From NCBI GenBank assembly GCA_963702475.1, contig CAVPCT010000002.1:224001-288000 (forward strand): a stretch of 64,000 nt of DNA, given 5' to 3'. The translations under genes and the position numbers were made by a program. This DNA is from an uncultured Thermoleophilia bacterium (GTDB lineage Bacteria > Actinomycetota > Thermoleophilia > UBA2241). Shown piece by piece: positions 1 to 9,918 of the stretch; positions within the stretch are counted from its first letter, which is position 1, and every line of letters begins with the position of its first letter. Under the pieces are notes generated by a model. That model had not been told where the DNA came from. It searched no databases and worked only from the letters and a program-made list of their open reading frames with translations.

Positions 1-444
1 CATGGACCGCGCGGCCTGGATCAGGCGCTCGCGGTGGTTGGCCGCGAGCCAGCGCACTCCGGCGGGGTGCGACAGAAGGCCGAGGGCGATGCTCTGGGGG
101 ATGCAGTAGAGCTCGGTCTCGCTGCGGGTCCGCACGGTGAACTCCGGCGGCAGGCCGGTGAGCAGCGTGGGGTGGCCGAAGACATCGCCGCTGCCGACCA
201 CGGCGACAAGGACATCGGAGCGCGTGAGCTCCACGATCCCTTCGCGCACCACGAAGAGGTGGGTGCCCGGCGGGCCGCCCTCCAGGAGCACCGTCTCGCC
301 GGCCGGCACGCGACGTGACTCGACCGAGGCCGCGACGGCCTGCAGCTCGCCGGCCTCGAGCGACGCGAACGGTCCGAGTCCGCTCAGGAACCGAGCTACC
401 TCTTCCGGTCCGGCACCGCCGTCCCGTGTGCCCACCACCGCCAC
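1..444 (-). CDS. Cyclic-nucleotide-binding domain protein, 5' part (runs off window; possibly cNMP-CBS-nucleotidyltransferase type)
   Basis: Manual translation from GTG 444: FLSGLGPFASLEAGELQAVAASVESRRVPAGETVLLEGGPPGTHLFVVREGIVEL...GDVFG, a typical cNMP-binding pattern; frame open to position 1. Confidence 0.8.
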   Translation of the reverse strand, partial: MAVVGTRDGGAGPEEVARFLSGLGPFASLEAGELQAVAASVESRRVPAGETVLLEGGPPGTHLFVVREGIVELTRSDVLVAVVGSGDVFGHPTLLTGLPPEFTVRTRSETELYCIPQSIALGLLSHPAGVRWLAANHRERLIQAARSM

Positions 445-448
445 CGCC

Positions 449-1225
449 TCAGATCCCGCACTGGGTGAGCAGGCCGCGCTCCTTGAGATAGTCGAAGCTC
501 TGCTGCACCTCTTCTTCGTTCTTGTGCTCGAGGATGATGGTGGCGCCGATCTCTCGCGCCACGGAGATGACTTCGGCGGCGTCCACGACCCCTGTGCCGC
601 AGGGCTCGTGCACGTCGCCGCCGTGGACGCCCTTGTTGTCGTGCAGGTGCACGTGCCGCACGGGCAGGTCGCGACGTGCGAGCCAGGCGTCCAGGGTGTC
701 GGTGATCGCCGCGTGGCCCGCGTCGAAGGCGATGTGCATGCCGGCGATGTCGAGGTCGTCCGGCGCCACGAAGTGGGAGTGGCGCGCGAACGGCAGGTTC
801 TCCAGGGCGATGGGCATGCCGTACTCTTCCTGAAGCTCGGTGAACTGCTCGCAGGCGCGCTGCATGGTGGCGACGACGCGCTGGTTGCGCGGGCGCGGCT
901 TGCGCTGGACGTCGGGGTGCACCACGTAGAGCCCTGCGCCCAGTTCGGCGGCCTTGGCGATGTGCCGCTTGTGCATCTCCATCGCCGCCTTGTGACGGGA
1001 GCTCCAGCGGCTGCCGAGCTCGAAGTGGGCGAAGGGACCGTGCACACTGAACGGCAGCCCGGCCACCTCGATCACACGCGCGTTGGCTGGCTCGAGGATG
1101 GTGTGCCGTCCGAGGTCGAGGATCTCGGCGAAGGACGTGAGCTCCGAGATGCGCAGCAGGGCTGAGGCGAGCGAGAGGTTCAAGTACGCCCCGGTCGACA
1201 CGCCCACATGCGAGATGCACTCCAT
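449..1225 (-). CDS. Sugar phosphate isomerase/epimerase family TIM barrel (AP endonuclease 2/xylose isomerase-like)
   Basis: Motifs SVHGPF, VVHPD, ALENLP, FDAGHA, HVHLHDN, ILEH. Confidence 0.85.
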   Translation of the reverse strand: MECISHVGVSTGAYLNLSLASALLRISELTSFAEILDLGRHTILEPANARVIEVAGLPFSVHGPFAHFELGSRWSSRHKAAMEMHKRHIAKAAELGAGLYVVHPDVQRKPRPRNQRVVATMQRACEQFTELQEEYGMPIALENLPFARHSHFVAPDDLDIAGMHIAFDAGHAAITDTLDAWLARRDLPVRHVHLHDNKGVHGGDVHEPCGTGVVDAAEVISVAREIGATIILEHKNEEEVQQSFDYLKERGLLTQCGI

Positions 1226-1350
1226 GTCGCGAGTATCGCACACGCGTCGAGACCCAAACGCGCCGGCGGCTCCGCGACGGGCGCGGAAGGGGGACCGGCG
1301 GGAGGGCACGGCAACGACCGGCGCGACGGCGCCGGGCCGGTTCGCGCCCC

Positions 1351-2121
1351 TCAGGCCAGCAGCCCGCTCCGCTGCAGGTGGTGCACGCTGGCGACCACGT
1401 CCGTGTCGCGGGAGTGCTCCAGGACGACGGAGGCGCCGGCGGCGCGCGCGGCGGCCAGGACGGCCGCCGCGTCCACCACGCCGGCGCCGACCGGCAGGTG
1501 TGGGTCTGCGTCGTCGCCCGCGCCCGCGTTGGAGTGCAGGTGTACGTGGCGCAGCGGCGCCTGCGGGTCCTCGAGCCAGTCGTCCAGGCAGCCGCTGATG
1601 CTGGCGTGACCCACGTCCAGGAGCAATCCGAGGCCCCGCAGGTCCAGGTCGCCCGGGTGCGTGAAGTGCGAGTGCCCGGCGCCCGGCATGTTCTCCACGA
1701 CGATCTCCACGCCGTACTCGTCCCGCAACTCGAGCAACTCGCCGAACGCTTCGGCGAGGGCGGCGATGACGCGCGGGTCGCGCGGGGCGTCGGCGTCGGG
1801 CCGCCAGTCGGGGTGCACGACGTAGAGGCGGGCGCCGATGTCGGCGCTCGCCTCCAGGTGACGGCGGTGCTCGTCCAGCGCTTCACGCCGGTCCGATGCG
1901 TCGGTGGCGGCGATGCCGATGTAGCCGAAGGGACCGTGGACCGTGTAATCGAGGCCGGCCTCACTGCAGGCGCGCCGGTTGCGGTCGCTGAGCAGCGTGT
2001 GCAGGCCGAACGAACGGATCTCCGCCGACAGGGCGAGCTCGGCGATGCGCGCGAGAGTGGGCGCGAGCATGTCGCCGGCGTACGCACTGGTGGAGATGCC
2101 GATGTCGGGGAGGCGAGGCAC
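1351..2121 (-). CDS. Sugar phosphate isomerase/epimerase family TIM barrel, paralog of 449-1225
   Basis: TVHGPF, VVHPD, VVENMP, LDVGHA, HVHLHSN, VLEH. Confidence 0.85.
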   Translation of the reverse strand: MPRLPDIGISTSAYAGDMLAPTLARIAELALSAEIRSFGLHTLLSDRNRRACSEAGLDYTVHGPFGYIGIAATDASDRREALDEHRRHLEASADIGARLYVVHPDWRPDADAPRDPRVIAALAEAFGELLELRDEYGVEIVVENMPGAGHSHFTHPGDLDLRGLGLLLDVGHASISGCLDDWLEDPQAPLRHVHLHSNAGAGDDADPHLPVGAGVVDAAAVLAAARAAGASVVLEHSRDTDVVASVHHLQRSGLLA

Positions 2122-2207
2122 GGGGCATCAGTATGGCAGAGCGGGGGTGTCGGCGTCGCCCGGGCGCGGGGCGCATGAGCCCGCGCGCGCCCGGGTAGGC
2201 TGCCGCT

Positions 2208-3374
2208 ATGGACGCCTCGTCACTCACGCCTCGGCCGTCCGGAACGGCCGCCTACGACCTGCTGGCCGGCCTGTCGTTCGCGGTCGAGTCGTACAGGGTC
2301 GAACGGCACGAGCTGGACGTCTCCAGCGGCTTTCGCCGCGTGACCACCGTGATCATCCTGCGCGGCGACGGCGTGGAGGGCCGCGGCGAAGACGTGACCT
2401 ACGCGGCTGAGGATCACGACGACTACCCGGAGTCCCTCCCGTTGTCCGGGGAGTGGACGCTCGATGCCTTCTCCGAGCGTGTGGGCGGCCTGGACCTGTT
2501 TCCAGGCAGGCCGCCTCAAGAGGCGTTCTTCCGCCTCTACCGGCGCTGGGCCTTCGAGAGCGCCGCGCTCGATCTGGCCCTGCGCGCGAACGGCGTCTCC
2601 CTCGGCGCGGCGTTCGGGCGCACGTATCATCCCGTGCGTTTCGCCGTCTCGACGCGGCTCGACATCATGCCCTGGCTGCAGGTGGACCCCGGGCTTGAGT
2701 TCAAGCTCGACCCGACGCCGGAGTGGGACCTTGACCAGATGCGTCGCATCGCTGCCACGGGCCGTGTGCGGGTGCTGGATTTCAAGTCGTTCTACACGGG
2801 GTCGCCGGTGGACAACCCGCCAGACCCGGTGCAGTACCGCGATGTGGCCGGCGCCTTCCCCGGAGCCGTCCTCGAGGACCCGGCGCTCGAGGGGCCGGCG
2901 CGCGACGCGCTGCGCGGGCAGGAGACGCGCTTCAGCTTCGACGCGCCGGTGCACTCGTGGCGGGATGTCGAGGAGCTGTCGGCGCGGGTCTGGGAGACGG
3001 CGCCGCCGCCGGCGGGCGCAGCCGGCCCGGCATCCGGCGGCCGGGGTGCCGCAGCGGTACGCGGGCAAGCCGCGCCGGTGCTGCGGCACCTCAACATCAA
3101 GCCGTCGCGCTTCGGCTCGCTGCGCGCGCTGCTCGACTGCATCGCGTGCGCGCAGGCCGCCGGCACCGAGCTCTACGGCGGCGGCCAGTTCGAGCTGGCC
3201 GTGGGCCGCGACCACATCCAGGCCCTGGCCAGCCTCTTCTACCCCGGCGGGCCCAACGACGTGGCGCCGCGCGAGTACCACGGCGCGGCGCACGGGGACG
3301 TGCCGCGCAGCCCTCTCGTGCCGGTCGCCGGGCTCGAGGCGGCGCCGGGCTTCGGCTTCGCCTTTCGGCGCTGA
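2208..3374 (+). CDS. Enolase-superfamily (mandelate racemase/muconate lactonizing-like) protein
   Basis: GRGEDVTY, FESAALDLAL, FKLD, LDFK, EDP, NIKPSRFG, YGGGQFE. Confidence 0.7.
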   Translation: MDASSLTPRPSGTAAYDLLAGLSFAVESYRVERHELDVSSGFRRVTTVIILRGDGVEGRGEDVTYAAEDHDDYPESLPLSGEWTLDAFSERVGGLDLFPGRPPQEAFFRLYRRWAFESAALDLALRANGVSLGAAFGRTYHPVRFAVSTRLDIMPWLQVDPGLEFKLDPTPEWDLDQMRRIAATGRVRVLDFKSFYTGSPVDNPPDPVQYRDVAGAFPGAVLEDPALEGPARDALRGQETRFSFDAPVHSWRDVEELSARVWETAPPPAGAAGPASGGRGAAAVRGQAAPVLRHLNIKPSRFGSLRALLDCIACAQAAGTELYGGGQFELAVGRDHIQALASLFYPGGPNDVAPREYHGAAHGDVPRSPLVPVAGLEAAPGFGFAFRR

Positions 3375-3508
3375 GCTTGGGCGGAAGCCCGCGGCAGGCC
3401 GACCACGCCGACCGCCGCCGGGTCCTGTTACACTGGCGCATCCCGCGCGGCCGGTCGCGGCACGCGGGTCTCAAGTCCCCTCGACGCTCGGACCACGAGA
3501 GGAGACCA

Positions 3509-4099
3509 GTGACCGACATGACGACTCACGGCCGGGACGGCACTTCCGGCGGCGACCAGGCCGCCGGCGCCGCCGGCGCCGACCTCATCTCCCGCGCGCT
3601 CGCGGCCGGCGCCTCCGCCGCCGCCGTCGTCGGTCCGTCCGCGGTCGTCACGGCGGAGTGGGTGCGCATGAAGTGCCTCTGGGGCTGCACGCCCGGTGAC
3701 TGCCTCAACTGCCCGCCGTACTCGCCGGCGCCGGCGGACACGCGCCGTCTGCTCGACGAATACGACACCATCCTTCTGCTCCGCTTCGACGTCGACTCCA
3801 CGCGCATGGCGTGGCTCGAGTCCAGTCGCTGGGTCCACGACACGGCCCTGGCTCTGGAGCGCGAGCTCTTCCTGCAGGGCTACCACAAGGTCTTCGCCAT
3901 CGCCGGGGGGCGCTCGTGCGACCTCGAGCAGGATTGCGGCAAGCCGGAGACCTGCTCCTCGCGCGAAGGCCTGCGCCCCGGCCCCGTGGCCTGCGGCATC
4001 GACGTGTTCACCACCAGCGCCAACGCCGGGTGGCCCCTCGGAGTGGTGCAGGCGCCCGGTGAGCCGTATCATCGCTATGCGCTCGTTCTCGTGAAGTGA
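3509..4099 (+). CDS. DUF2284-like Cys-rich metal-binding protein
   Basis: WVRMKCLWGC..CLNCPP, GRSCDL..C, ACGIDVFTT; GGAGA RBS before GTG 3509. Confidence 0.75.
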   Translation: MTDMTTHGRDGTSGGDQAAGAAGADLISRALAAGASAAAVVGPSAVVTAEWVRMKCLWGCTPGDCLNCPPYSPAPADTRRLLDEYDTILLLRFDVDSTRMAWLESSRWVHDTALALERELFLQGYHKVFAIAGGRSCDLEQDCGKPETCSSREGLRPGPVACGIDVFTTSANAGWPLGVVQAPGEPYHRYALVLVK

Positions 4100-4159
4100 C
4101 CGGCGGAGCGGGCGCCCGAGATCATCACTCCGATACTTGCCGACCCCGAGGTTGACCAC

Positions 4160-5071
4160 ATGACCCCTGTTGAGACCATCCAGCGCGAGCACGGCATCGT
4201 CGGCCGCGACAAGGAACTCGCCATGGCCCTGGCCGTGCTCGGCGCCGGCCGCCATCTCCTCCTCGAGGGGCCGGTGGGCGTGGGCAAGACCACCGTCGCC
4301 CTCGCCGTCTGTGCCCACCTCGGGCGCGACACCGTGCGTGTGGACGGCGACGACCGCTACTCCGAGAGCAAGCTCACCGGCTGGTTCGACCCGCCGCTCG
4401 TGCTGAAGCAGGGCTACAAAGAGGAGTCGTTCTTCCCCGGCCCCCTGGTCGAGGCCATGCGCGGCGGCCGCGTGCTGTTCATCAACGAGCTGAACCGCAT
4501 GCCGGAGTCGGTGCAGAACGTGCTGCTGCCGGCGCTCGACGAACGCATCCTGCAGGTACCGCACATCGGCGAGGTCCGCGCCGCCGACGGCTTCCAGGTC
4601 GTGGCGACGCAGAACCCCGTGGAGTACATCGCCACGGGCCACCTCTCGGAGGCCCTGCGTGACCGCTTCGAGCACCTGGCGCTGGTGTACCAGTCGGCCG
4701 GTGAGGAGCGGGACATCGTCGTGGCCGAGACCGGCAGCGACGACGGGCAGCTCGTCAGCACGGCGGTGCGCCTCACGCGCGGCACGCGCCTGCACGCCCG
4801 CTTCCGCAAGGGGTCGTCGGTGCGCGGCGCCATCGCCACCGTGGCCATCGCCGAGCGCCTGTGGGCCGAAGAGCGGGAGGCCTGCGGCGCGGTGAGCCGC
4901 GAGGTCATCAAACGCGCTGCCGAGGCCGCTCTCACCACGCGCGTGGATCTGCGAGACGACCTCGACGCCGACTTCGGCTCGGCGCTCGAGGACCTCCTCG
5001 AACTGGTCGTCGACAAGGGCCTCGACCCCGACGAGGTGCTCGGCACCGCGGAGCCGGCCCCAAAAGCCTGA
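4160..5071 (+). CDS. MoxR-family AAA+ ATPase
   Basis: Walker A LLLEGPVGVGKT, Walker B variant LFINELNR, ATQNP, LSEALRDRF. Confidence 0.9.
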   Translation: MTPVETIQREHGIVGRDKELAMALAVLGAGRHLLLEGPVGVGKTTVALAVCAHLGRDTVRVDGDDRYSESKLTGWFDPPLVLKQGYKEESFFPGPLVEAMRGGRVLFINELNRMPESVQNVLLPALDERILQVPHIGEVRAADGFQVVATQNPVEYIATGHLSEALRDRFEHLALVYQSAGEERDIVVAETGSDDGQLVSTAVRLTRGTRLHARFRKGSSVRGAIATVAIAERLWAEEREACGAVSREVIKRAAEAALTTRVDLRDDLDADFGSALEDLLELVVDKGLDPDEVLGTAEPAPKA

Positions 5072-5166
5072 GCGCCCCTGGCCGGGGGCTCGACTCGATC
5101 CGCAAGAGGCCCCGAGTCAAGCCCGTGGAGCGGCGCGAGCCCCCGCCGCCCCAGCACGAAGCGGCC

Positions 5167-5997
5167 ATGGAGGCGCTCTCCAAGCGCTACCGCATCGAGA
5201 GCGACGACCTCGACGGCTGGGCCGTCGCGGTCAACCTCACCAAGAGCGGCTGCCGCATCGTCGACCCGGGCCTGCGGCACTACGCCGAGAAGCTGGCGGC
5301 GCGGGCCGTGCTGGCGCGGGCCCACCGGCTCGTCGGCCCGCTGCGCGGCGTCACGCACACCGTGCGCGAGACGCTGCGCGAGCCGTTCGCCGGCGAGATC
5401 GACCTGGAGGCCACCCTGGACAACGTGCTCGGCAAGGAGTTCCCCGAGCGTCACGACTGGGTGGTCAAGCACCGCGAGGAGAGGCGCCATCAGGTCGTGC
5501 TCATGGTCGACACGTCGCTCTCCATGTCGGGCGAGAACATGGCCATCGCCGCCGTGGCCGCGGCGGTCCTCGCGCTCAAGCTGCACCCCGAGGACCTCTC
5601 CGTGGTCGTCTTCGAGAACACGGCGAAGGCGGTGACGCACCTCGAGGTGGCCGACGCGCCCGAGACGGTCGTGGAGCGCATGCTGGACCAGCCGGTCAAC
5701 GGTTACACCAACATCTCCGCGGCGCTCGAGCTGGGGGCGCGGGAGCTGGAGCGGGGCCGCAATCCGCGGCGCAGCGGCCTGCTCATCACCGACGGGGTGG
5801 TGACGGCGGGAGGGGATCCCACGGAGCTGGCGTACCGCTTTCCCAAGTTGTTCGTCCTGCTCACCGAGGACTACAAGACCAACCCCAAGCTGTGCCGCCA
5901 GCTGGCCGACGCCGCCCACGGCGACGTGTTCCCCGTGAACACGTTCCGGGATCTGCCCTCGCGCCTGCTCACGGTCGCGAACAGGGTGCTGCGCTAG
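5167..5997 (+). CDS. von Willebrand factor A domain protein (MoxR partner; may be made as a frameshift fusion)
   Basis: MIDAS VDTSLSM, GYTNI, LLITDG; frame open from 4861, -1 relative to MoxR. Confidence 0.85.
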   Translation: MEALSKRYRIESDDLDGWAVAVNLTKSGCRIVDPGLRHYAEKLAARAVLARAHRLVGPLRGVTHTVRETLREPFAGEIDLEATLDNVLGKEFPERHDWVVKHREERRHQVVLMVDTSLSMSGENMAIAAVAAAVLALKLHPEDLSVVVFENTAKAVTHLEVADAPETVVERMLDQPVNGYTNISAALELGARELERGRNPRRSGLLITDGVVTAGGDPTELAYRFPKLFVLLTEDYKTNPKLCRQLADAAHGDVFPVNTFRDLPSRLLTVANRVLR

Positions 5998-6064
5998 ACG
6001 GTAGACTGAGACCGCAGACCACCGGCCGGATGCGCCCTGTGCCCCGGCCGCCCGAGGAGACGCC

Positions 6065-6571
6065 GTGGCAGTGTTCGGTCCCCCCAACGTCGCCAAGCTC
6101 GAGGCCGTCGGCAACATCGACGGGCTTGTCAAGGCCGCCAAGTACAAGAAGGACCCGCAGGTGGCCGCCGACGCGCGCCGCGCTCTCACCACCTTCCTGG
6201 ACAAGATCATCCAGCGGCTGCAGTCCAAGAACCTGGTGCAGCTGAACACGGCGCGTGAGGCGCTCGTCATCATCGGCGAGCCGGCCCGCGACCGCCTCGT
6301 CTATGTCCTCGGGGAGGGTCACACGCACCGGCGCCAGGACGCCGCGTTCGTGCTCGGCATGATGGGCGACCCTGCCGCGGTCAAGCCCCTTTGCATGGCC
6401 ATGCATCACCCGGATCCCCTGCTGCGCATGATCGCCGTCGAGGCGCTGGGCAAGATCGGCGACCCCGCGGCCACCGACACGCTGCGCCGGGCTATCGGCG
6501 ACCCCGAGCCGCGTGTGGCCGCCGCCGCCACCAAGGCCTTCAAGAGGGTCAAAGCCGACCAGGGCGGTTGA
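6065..6571 (+). CDS. HEAT/PBS-lyase repeat protein
   Basis: RRQDAAFVLGMMGDPAAV, RMIAVEALGKIGDPAA repeats; GAGGAG RBS. Confidence 0.8.
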   Translation: MAVFGPPNVAKLEAVGNIDGLVKAAKYKKDPQVAADARRALTTFLDKIIQRLQSKNLVQLNTAREALVIIGEPARDRLVYVLGEGHTHRRQDAAFVLGMMGDPAAVKPLCMAMHHPDPLLRMIAVEALGKIGDPAATDTLRRAIGDPEPRVAAAATKAFKRVKADQGG

Positions 6572-6831
6572 CGGTCTGCGCCGCGGGTGCCAGACGCGCC
6601 GCGGCGCGGGGCCGCCGCCGAGGCCGTGGCCGCCGGACGCACCGTCACGCGTGCGGACGCACCAGTCGTCTGGGTTTTCGCGCCTTACGGGTTGTCGTGC
6701 TGTTTCGTGCATGGGTAGAGTCTGACGCGGACCGTGACGTTTGGAGGATCGGTCCCGGTACTGCTCGAGGAGGATGGGGTGTGCAAGGGTGCGATGGCGA
6801 CTGTTGGTGACGGCCGCTGATGGAGGGCGCC

Positions 6832-8613
6832 ATGGCCGTTCGCACGCTCGACGGGTCCAGCTTCTCACGGGTCCTACGGGCCGGTGCCCTCAGCGTGATG
6901 CGCGAGCAGGAGACGCTGAACCGCATCAACGTGTTCCCGGTGCGCGACGCGGACACCGGGGCCAACCTGGCGGCGACCCTGCAGGCGGCAGCCGTGCGTG
7001 TCGGCACCGCCTCTGCTGAAGGCATCGGCGATGCGGCGCGCGCGGCCGCCGACGGCGCGCTCGAGGGCGCGCGCGGCAACTCCGGGGCGATCTTCGCCCA
7101 GTTCTTGCACGGCCTCGCCGCCGCCGTCGCCGCGCGCCATCGCGTGGATCGCGCCGAGTTCGCGGCCGCCGCGGCGCAGGGCTCCGAAGCGGCCTGGCTG
7201 GCGCTGCAGGAGCCGCGCGAGGGGACCATCCTGTCGGTGCTTCGGGCCTGGGCGCGCGAGCTTGGGCGGCGCGCCCACGAGGAGGAGTTCACGGCGATGA
7301 TGCATGCCGGTCTCGTGGCGGCTCGCGGTGCGCTCGCCGAGACCGAGCACCAGCTCAAGGTCCTGGCCGCCAACCACGTCGTCGACGCGGGCGGCCAGGG
7401 GTTCGTGTACTTCCTCGAAGGCCTCGGCGAGGCGCTTCACGGCCGGACCGTCCAGTGGCGACCGGCTGAGGCGCCGGCGCACGGGCTGCCACCCTTCGCC
7501 TCGACCCACGAGGAGATCGACGAGCGGTACAGGTTCTGCAGCGAGGCTCTGCTGGTCGCCGATGGGGGGATGCTCTCGAGAGAAGGGGTCGCGGCGGCCG
7601 TCGGCGGCCTCGGGGAGTCTCTCGTGGTGGCCGGCGGCGAGCGGCGCGTGCGCGTGCACCTGCACACCAACGAGCCGCAGCGCTTTCTCGCCGCGCTCGC
7701 GGATCTCGGCACGATCGAGCGGAGCAAGGTGGACGATATGGTCCTGCAGCAGCTCCAGGGGCGTGCCGCCGCGATCGCCCTGGTGACCGACTCGACCAGC
7801 GACCTTCCCGAGGACGAGGCGTTCGGACTGGGGGTCGTCCGCGTACCGCTCACCTTGGCGCTGGGCGATGACGAGTTCCTGGACGGCGTCGACATCACGC
7901 CCGACTGGTTCGTGGACCGGCTGCGGGAGACAGTGGCCGTGCCGCGCTCCTCGCAGCCGGCGGTGCCCGACTTCGTCGCCACCTATCGCCGCCTGCTCGA
8001 GTACCGGGAGGGCGTCGTGTCGGTGCACATCGCCGGGGCGATGTCCGGCACCGTGCAGGCCGCGCGCACCGCGGCGCGCGAGGTCGACCCGGCGCGCGTG
8101 CGGGTGGTCGACTCCTGCTCGGTCTCCGTCGGCAGCGGCCTGGTGCTCCAGGCGGCCGGCGAAGCGATCGCGGCCGGCGCCGGCCTCGACGAGGTCGCGG
8201 CTGCCGCCGAGCGTGCCGCGGCAGAGGTCCGCGTGTTCGGGACGACCTCGTCGCTCGAGTTCGCCGTGCGCGGCGGGCGCGTCAGCCCGCGCCTGGCGGG
8301 CACCCTCGAGCGCCTGCACCTCGCCCCGATCATCGTGTTCGACGAGACCGGCAAGGCGGGCAAGGGGGGCGCGGCGCTCGGCTTCGGCCGCGCGCTGGGC
8401 GGCATCGTCAAGCGCGCCGTCCGCTACGCCGACGGCGCCCCGGCGCGCGCCATGGTGGTGCACAGCGGCGCGCCGGCCGAGGCGCAACGCGTGGCGGCCC
8501 GTCTGCAGGCCGCGTTCGGTGTGGAGGTCCCGGTGGTGCGTGCCGGGACGGTCCTCACCATGCACGTCGGCCCCGGCTCCGTCTCGGTCGCCGTCCGGCG
8601 TCTGCCGTCCTGA
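6832..8613 (+). CDS. DAK2-DegV fusion (fatty-acid kinase FakA/FakB-like)
   Basis: LNRINVFPVRDADTGANL, GARGNSG, EGTILSV, VVDAGG (DAK2); IALVTDSTSDLP, SSQP, VRGGR, HVGPG (DegV). Confidence 0.9.
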   Translation: MAVRTLDGSSFSRVLRAGALSVMREQETLNRINVFPVRDADTGANLAATLQAAAVRVGTASAEGIGDAARAAADGALEGARGNSGAIFAQFLHGLAAAVAARHRVDRAEFAAAAAQGSEAAWLALQEPREGTILSVLRAWARELGRRAHEEEFTAMMHAGLVAARGALAETEHQLKVLAANHVVDAGGQGFVYFLEGLGEALHGRTVQWRPAEAPAHGLPPFASTHEEIDERYRFCSEALLVADGGMLSREGVAAAVGGLGESLVVAGGERRVRVHLHTNEPQRFLAALADLGTIERSKVDDMVLQQLQGRAAAIALVTDSTSDLPEDEAFGLGVVRVPLTLALGDDEFLDGVDITPDWFVDRLRETVAVPRSSQPAVPDFVATYRRLLEYREGVVSVHIAGAMSGTVQAARTAAREVDPARVRVVDSCSVSVGSGLVLQAAGEAIAAGAGLDEVAAAAERAAAEVRVFGTTSSLEFAVRGGRVSPRLAGTLERLHLAPIIVFDETGKAGKGGAALGFGRALGGIVKRAVRYADGAPARAMVVHSGAPAEAQRVAARLQAAFGVEVPVVRAGTVLTMHVGPGSVSVAVRRLPS

Positions 8614-8626
8614 TGCGCTGACGTCC

Positions 8627-8685
8627 GGGTGCGCCTGCGGCGGCCCGGCTCATCCTCCCGGGCGCGCCTGCGGCGGCCCGGCTCA
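8627..8685. repeat. Intergenic direct repeat, 2 x 26 bp with 33-bp period
   Basis: GGG(T/C)GCGCCTGCGGCGGCCCGGCTCA at 8627-8652 and 8660-8685. Confidence 0.8.
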
Positions 8686-8784
8686 CTCCGCCGCGTGCCT
8701 GCGCGAGGTTTTGCACGCCTGTCGCAGTGGGAAGTGACGGGTCGGGTCCACGCAGGCCCGGGTACCACGACCCTGGAGGAACCG

Positions 8785-9918
8785 ATGCCCGTTCGCATAG
8801 GCATACCGTGTGAGACGACGCTGGGGGAGACCCGCGTTGCGCTCGTGCCGGCGGTGGCCGAGAAGTACGCGGGTCTCGGTGCCGAGGTCGTCCTTCAGAG
8901 GGGAGCCGGCCACGCGAGCTATCTGGCCGATGCTGCGTACGTGGGCGTCACGCTCGTGGACTCAGCAGCGGAGGCGCTCGGCGCGGACGTCGTCCTCAAG
9001 GTCGATCCACCGAACGTGGATGAGGTGGCTCAGCTGCGCGAGGGCGCCGTGCTCGCCGGGTTGTTGCAGCCCTACAAGGCGCTCGACGAGACCAGGGCTC
9101 TCCGCGACCGAAAGGTCACCAGCTTCTCCCTCGAGCTGTTGCCGCGCATCACCAGGGCGCAGTCGATGGACGCGCTCACGTCGCAGGCGTCCATCGCCGG
9201 CTACAAGGCCGTGCTCATGGCCGCCGACCTGGCGCCGCGCTACTTCCCGATGCTCACCACCCCGGCCGGGACGTTGCGGCCGGCCAGAGTCGTCGTGCTG
9301 GGCGTGGGCGTGGCCGGCCTGCAGGCCATCGCCACAGCGCGCCGGCTCGGCGCCGTCGTCGAGGCCTACGACGTGCGCTCGGCCACCCGCGAGCAGGTGC
9401 AGTCGCTGGGCGGGCGCTTCATCGACACCGGCATCGACGCCGAGGCCGAGGGCGGCTACGCGCGCGAGCTCACCGACGAGGAGAAGGCCAAGGCGCAGGA
9501 GATCGTGGACAAGCACCTCGTGGACGCCGACGCGATCGTCACCACCGCCGCCATCCCCGGCAAGCCGTCGCCGAAGCTCATCAGCGCCGACGTGGTGGCG
9601 CGCATGAAGCCCGGCGCCGTCATCATCGACATGGCGGCCGAAGGCGGGGGCAACTGCGAGCTCACGCGCCCCGGCGAGACGCTCACCACCGACGCGGGCG
9701 TCACTGTCTGGGGCCCGCTCAACATCCCGGCCATGCTCCCTGTCCACGCCAGCGACCAGTACTCCCGCAACCTCATGCACTTCCTCACGCCCTTCATCAA
9801 GGAGGGGGAGCTCGCGCTCGATTGGGAGGACGAGGTGCTGGCCGGCAGCGTGCTCACGCGCGACGGAGCGATAGTCAATGAGCGCGTCCGCGCCCTGGTG
9901 GAAGGAGGCGCGTCATGA
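8785..9918 (+). CDS. pntA: NAD(P) transhydrogenase subunit alpha, soluble part
   Basis: GETRVALVP, RITRAQSMDAL, GYKAV, GVGVAGLQAI, GGYAREL, GGGNCELT; GGAGG RBS. Confidence 0.95.
   Translation: MPVRIGIPCETTLGETRVALVPAVAEKYAGLGAEVVLQRGAGHASYLADAAYVGVTLVDSAAEALGADVVLKVDPPNVDEVAQLREGAVLAGLLQPYKALDETRALRDRKVTSFSLELLPRITRAQSMDALTSQASIAGYKAVLMAADLAPRYFPMLTTPAGTLRPARVVVLGVGVAGLQAIATARRLGAVVEAYDVRSATREQVQSLGGRFIDTGIDAEAEGGYARELTDEEKAKAQEIVDKHLVDADAIVTTAAIPGKPSPKLISADVVARMKPGAVIIDMAAEGGGNCELTRPGETLTTDAGVTVWGPLNIPAMLPVHASDQYSRNLMHFLTPFIKEGELALDWEDEVLAGSVLTRDGAIVNERVRALVEGGAS

Noticed and set aside
5069-5071. MoxR TGA as selenocysteine/readthrough
   Set aside because: The vWA domain is in the -1 frame, so readthrough would not join them
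8705-8730. Rex operator upstream of pntA
   Set aside because: TTTTGCACGCCTGTCGCA matches the TTGTGAA-N4-TTCACAA palindrome too poorly
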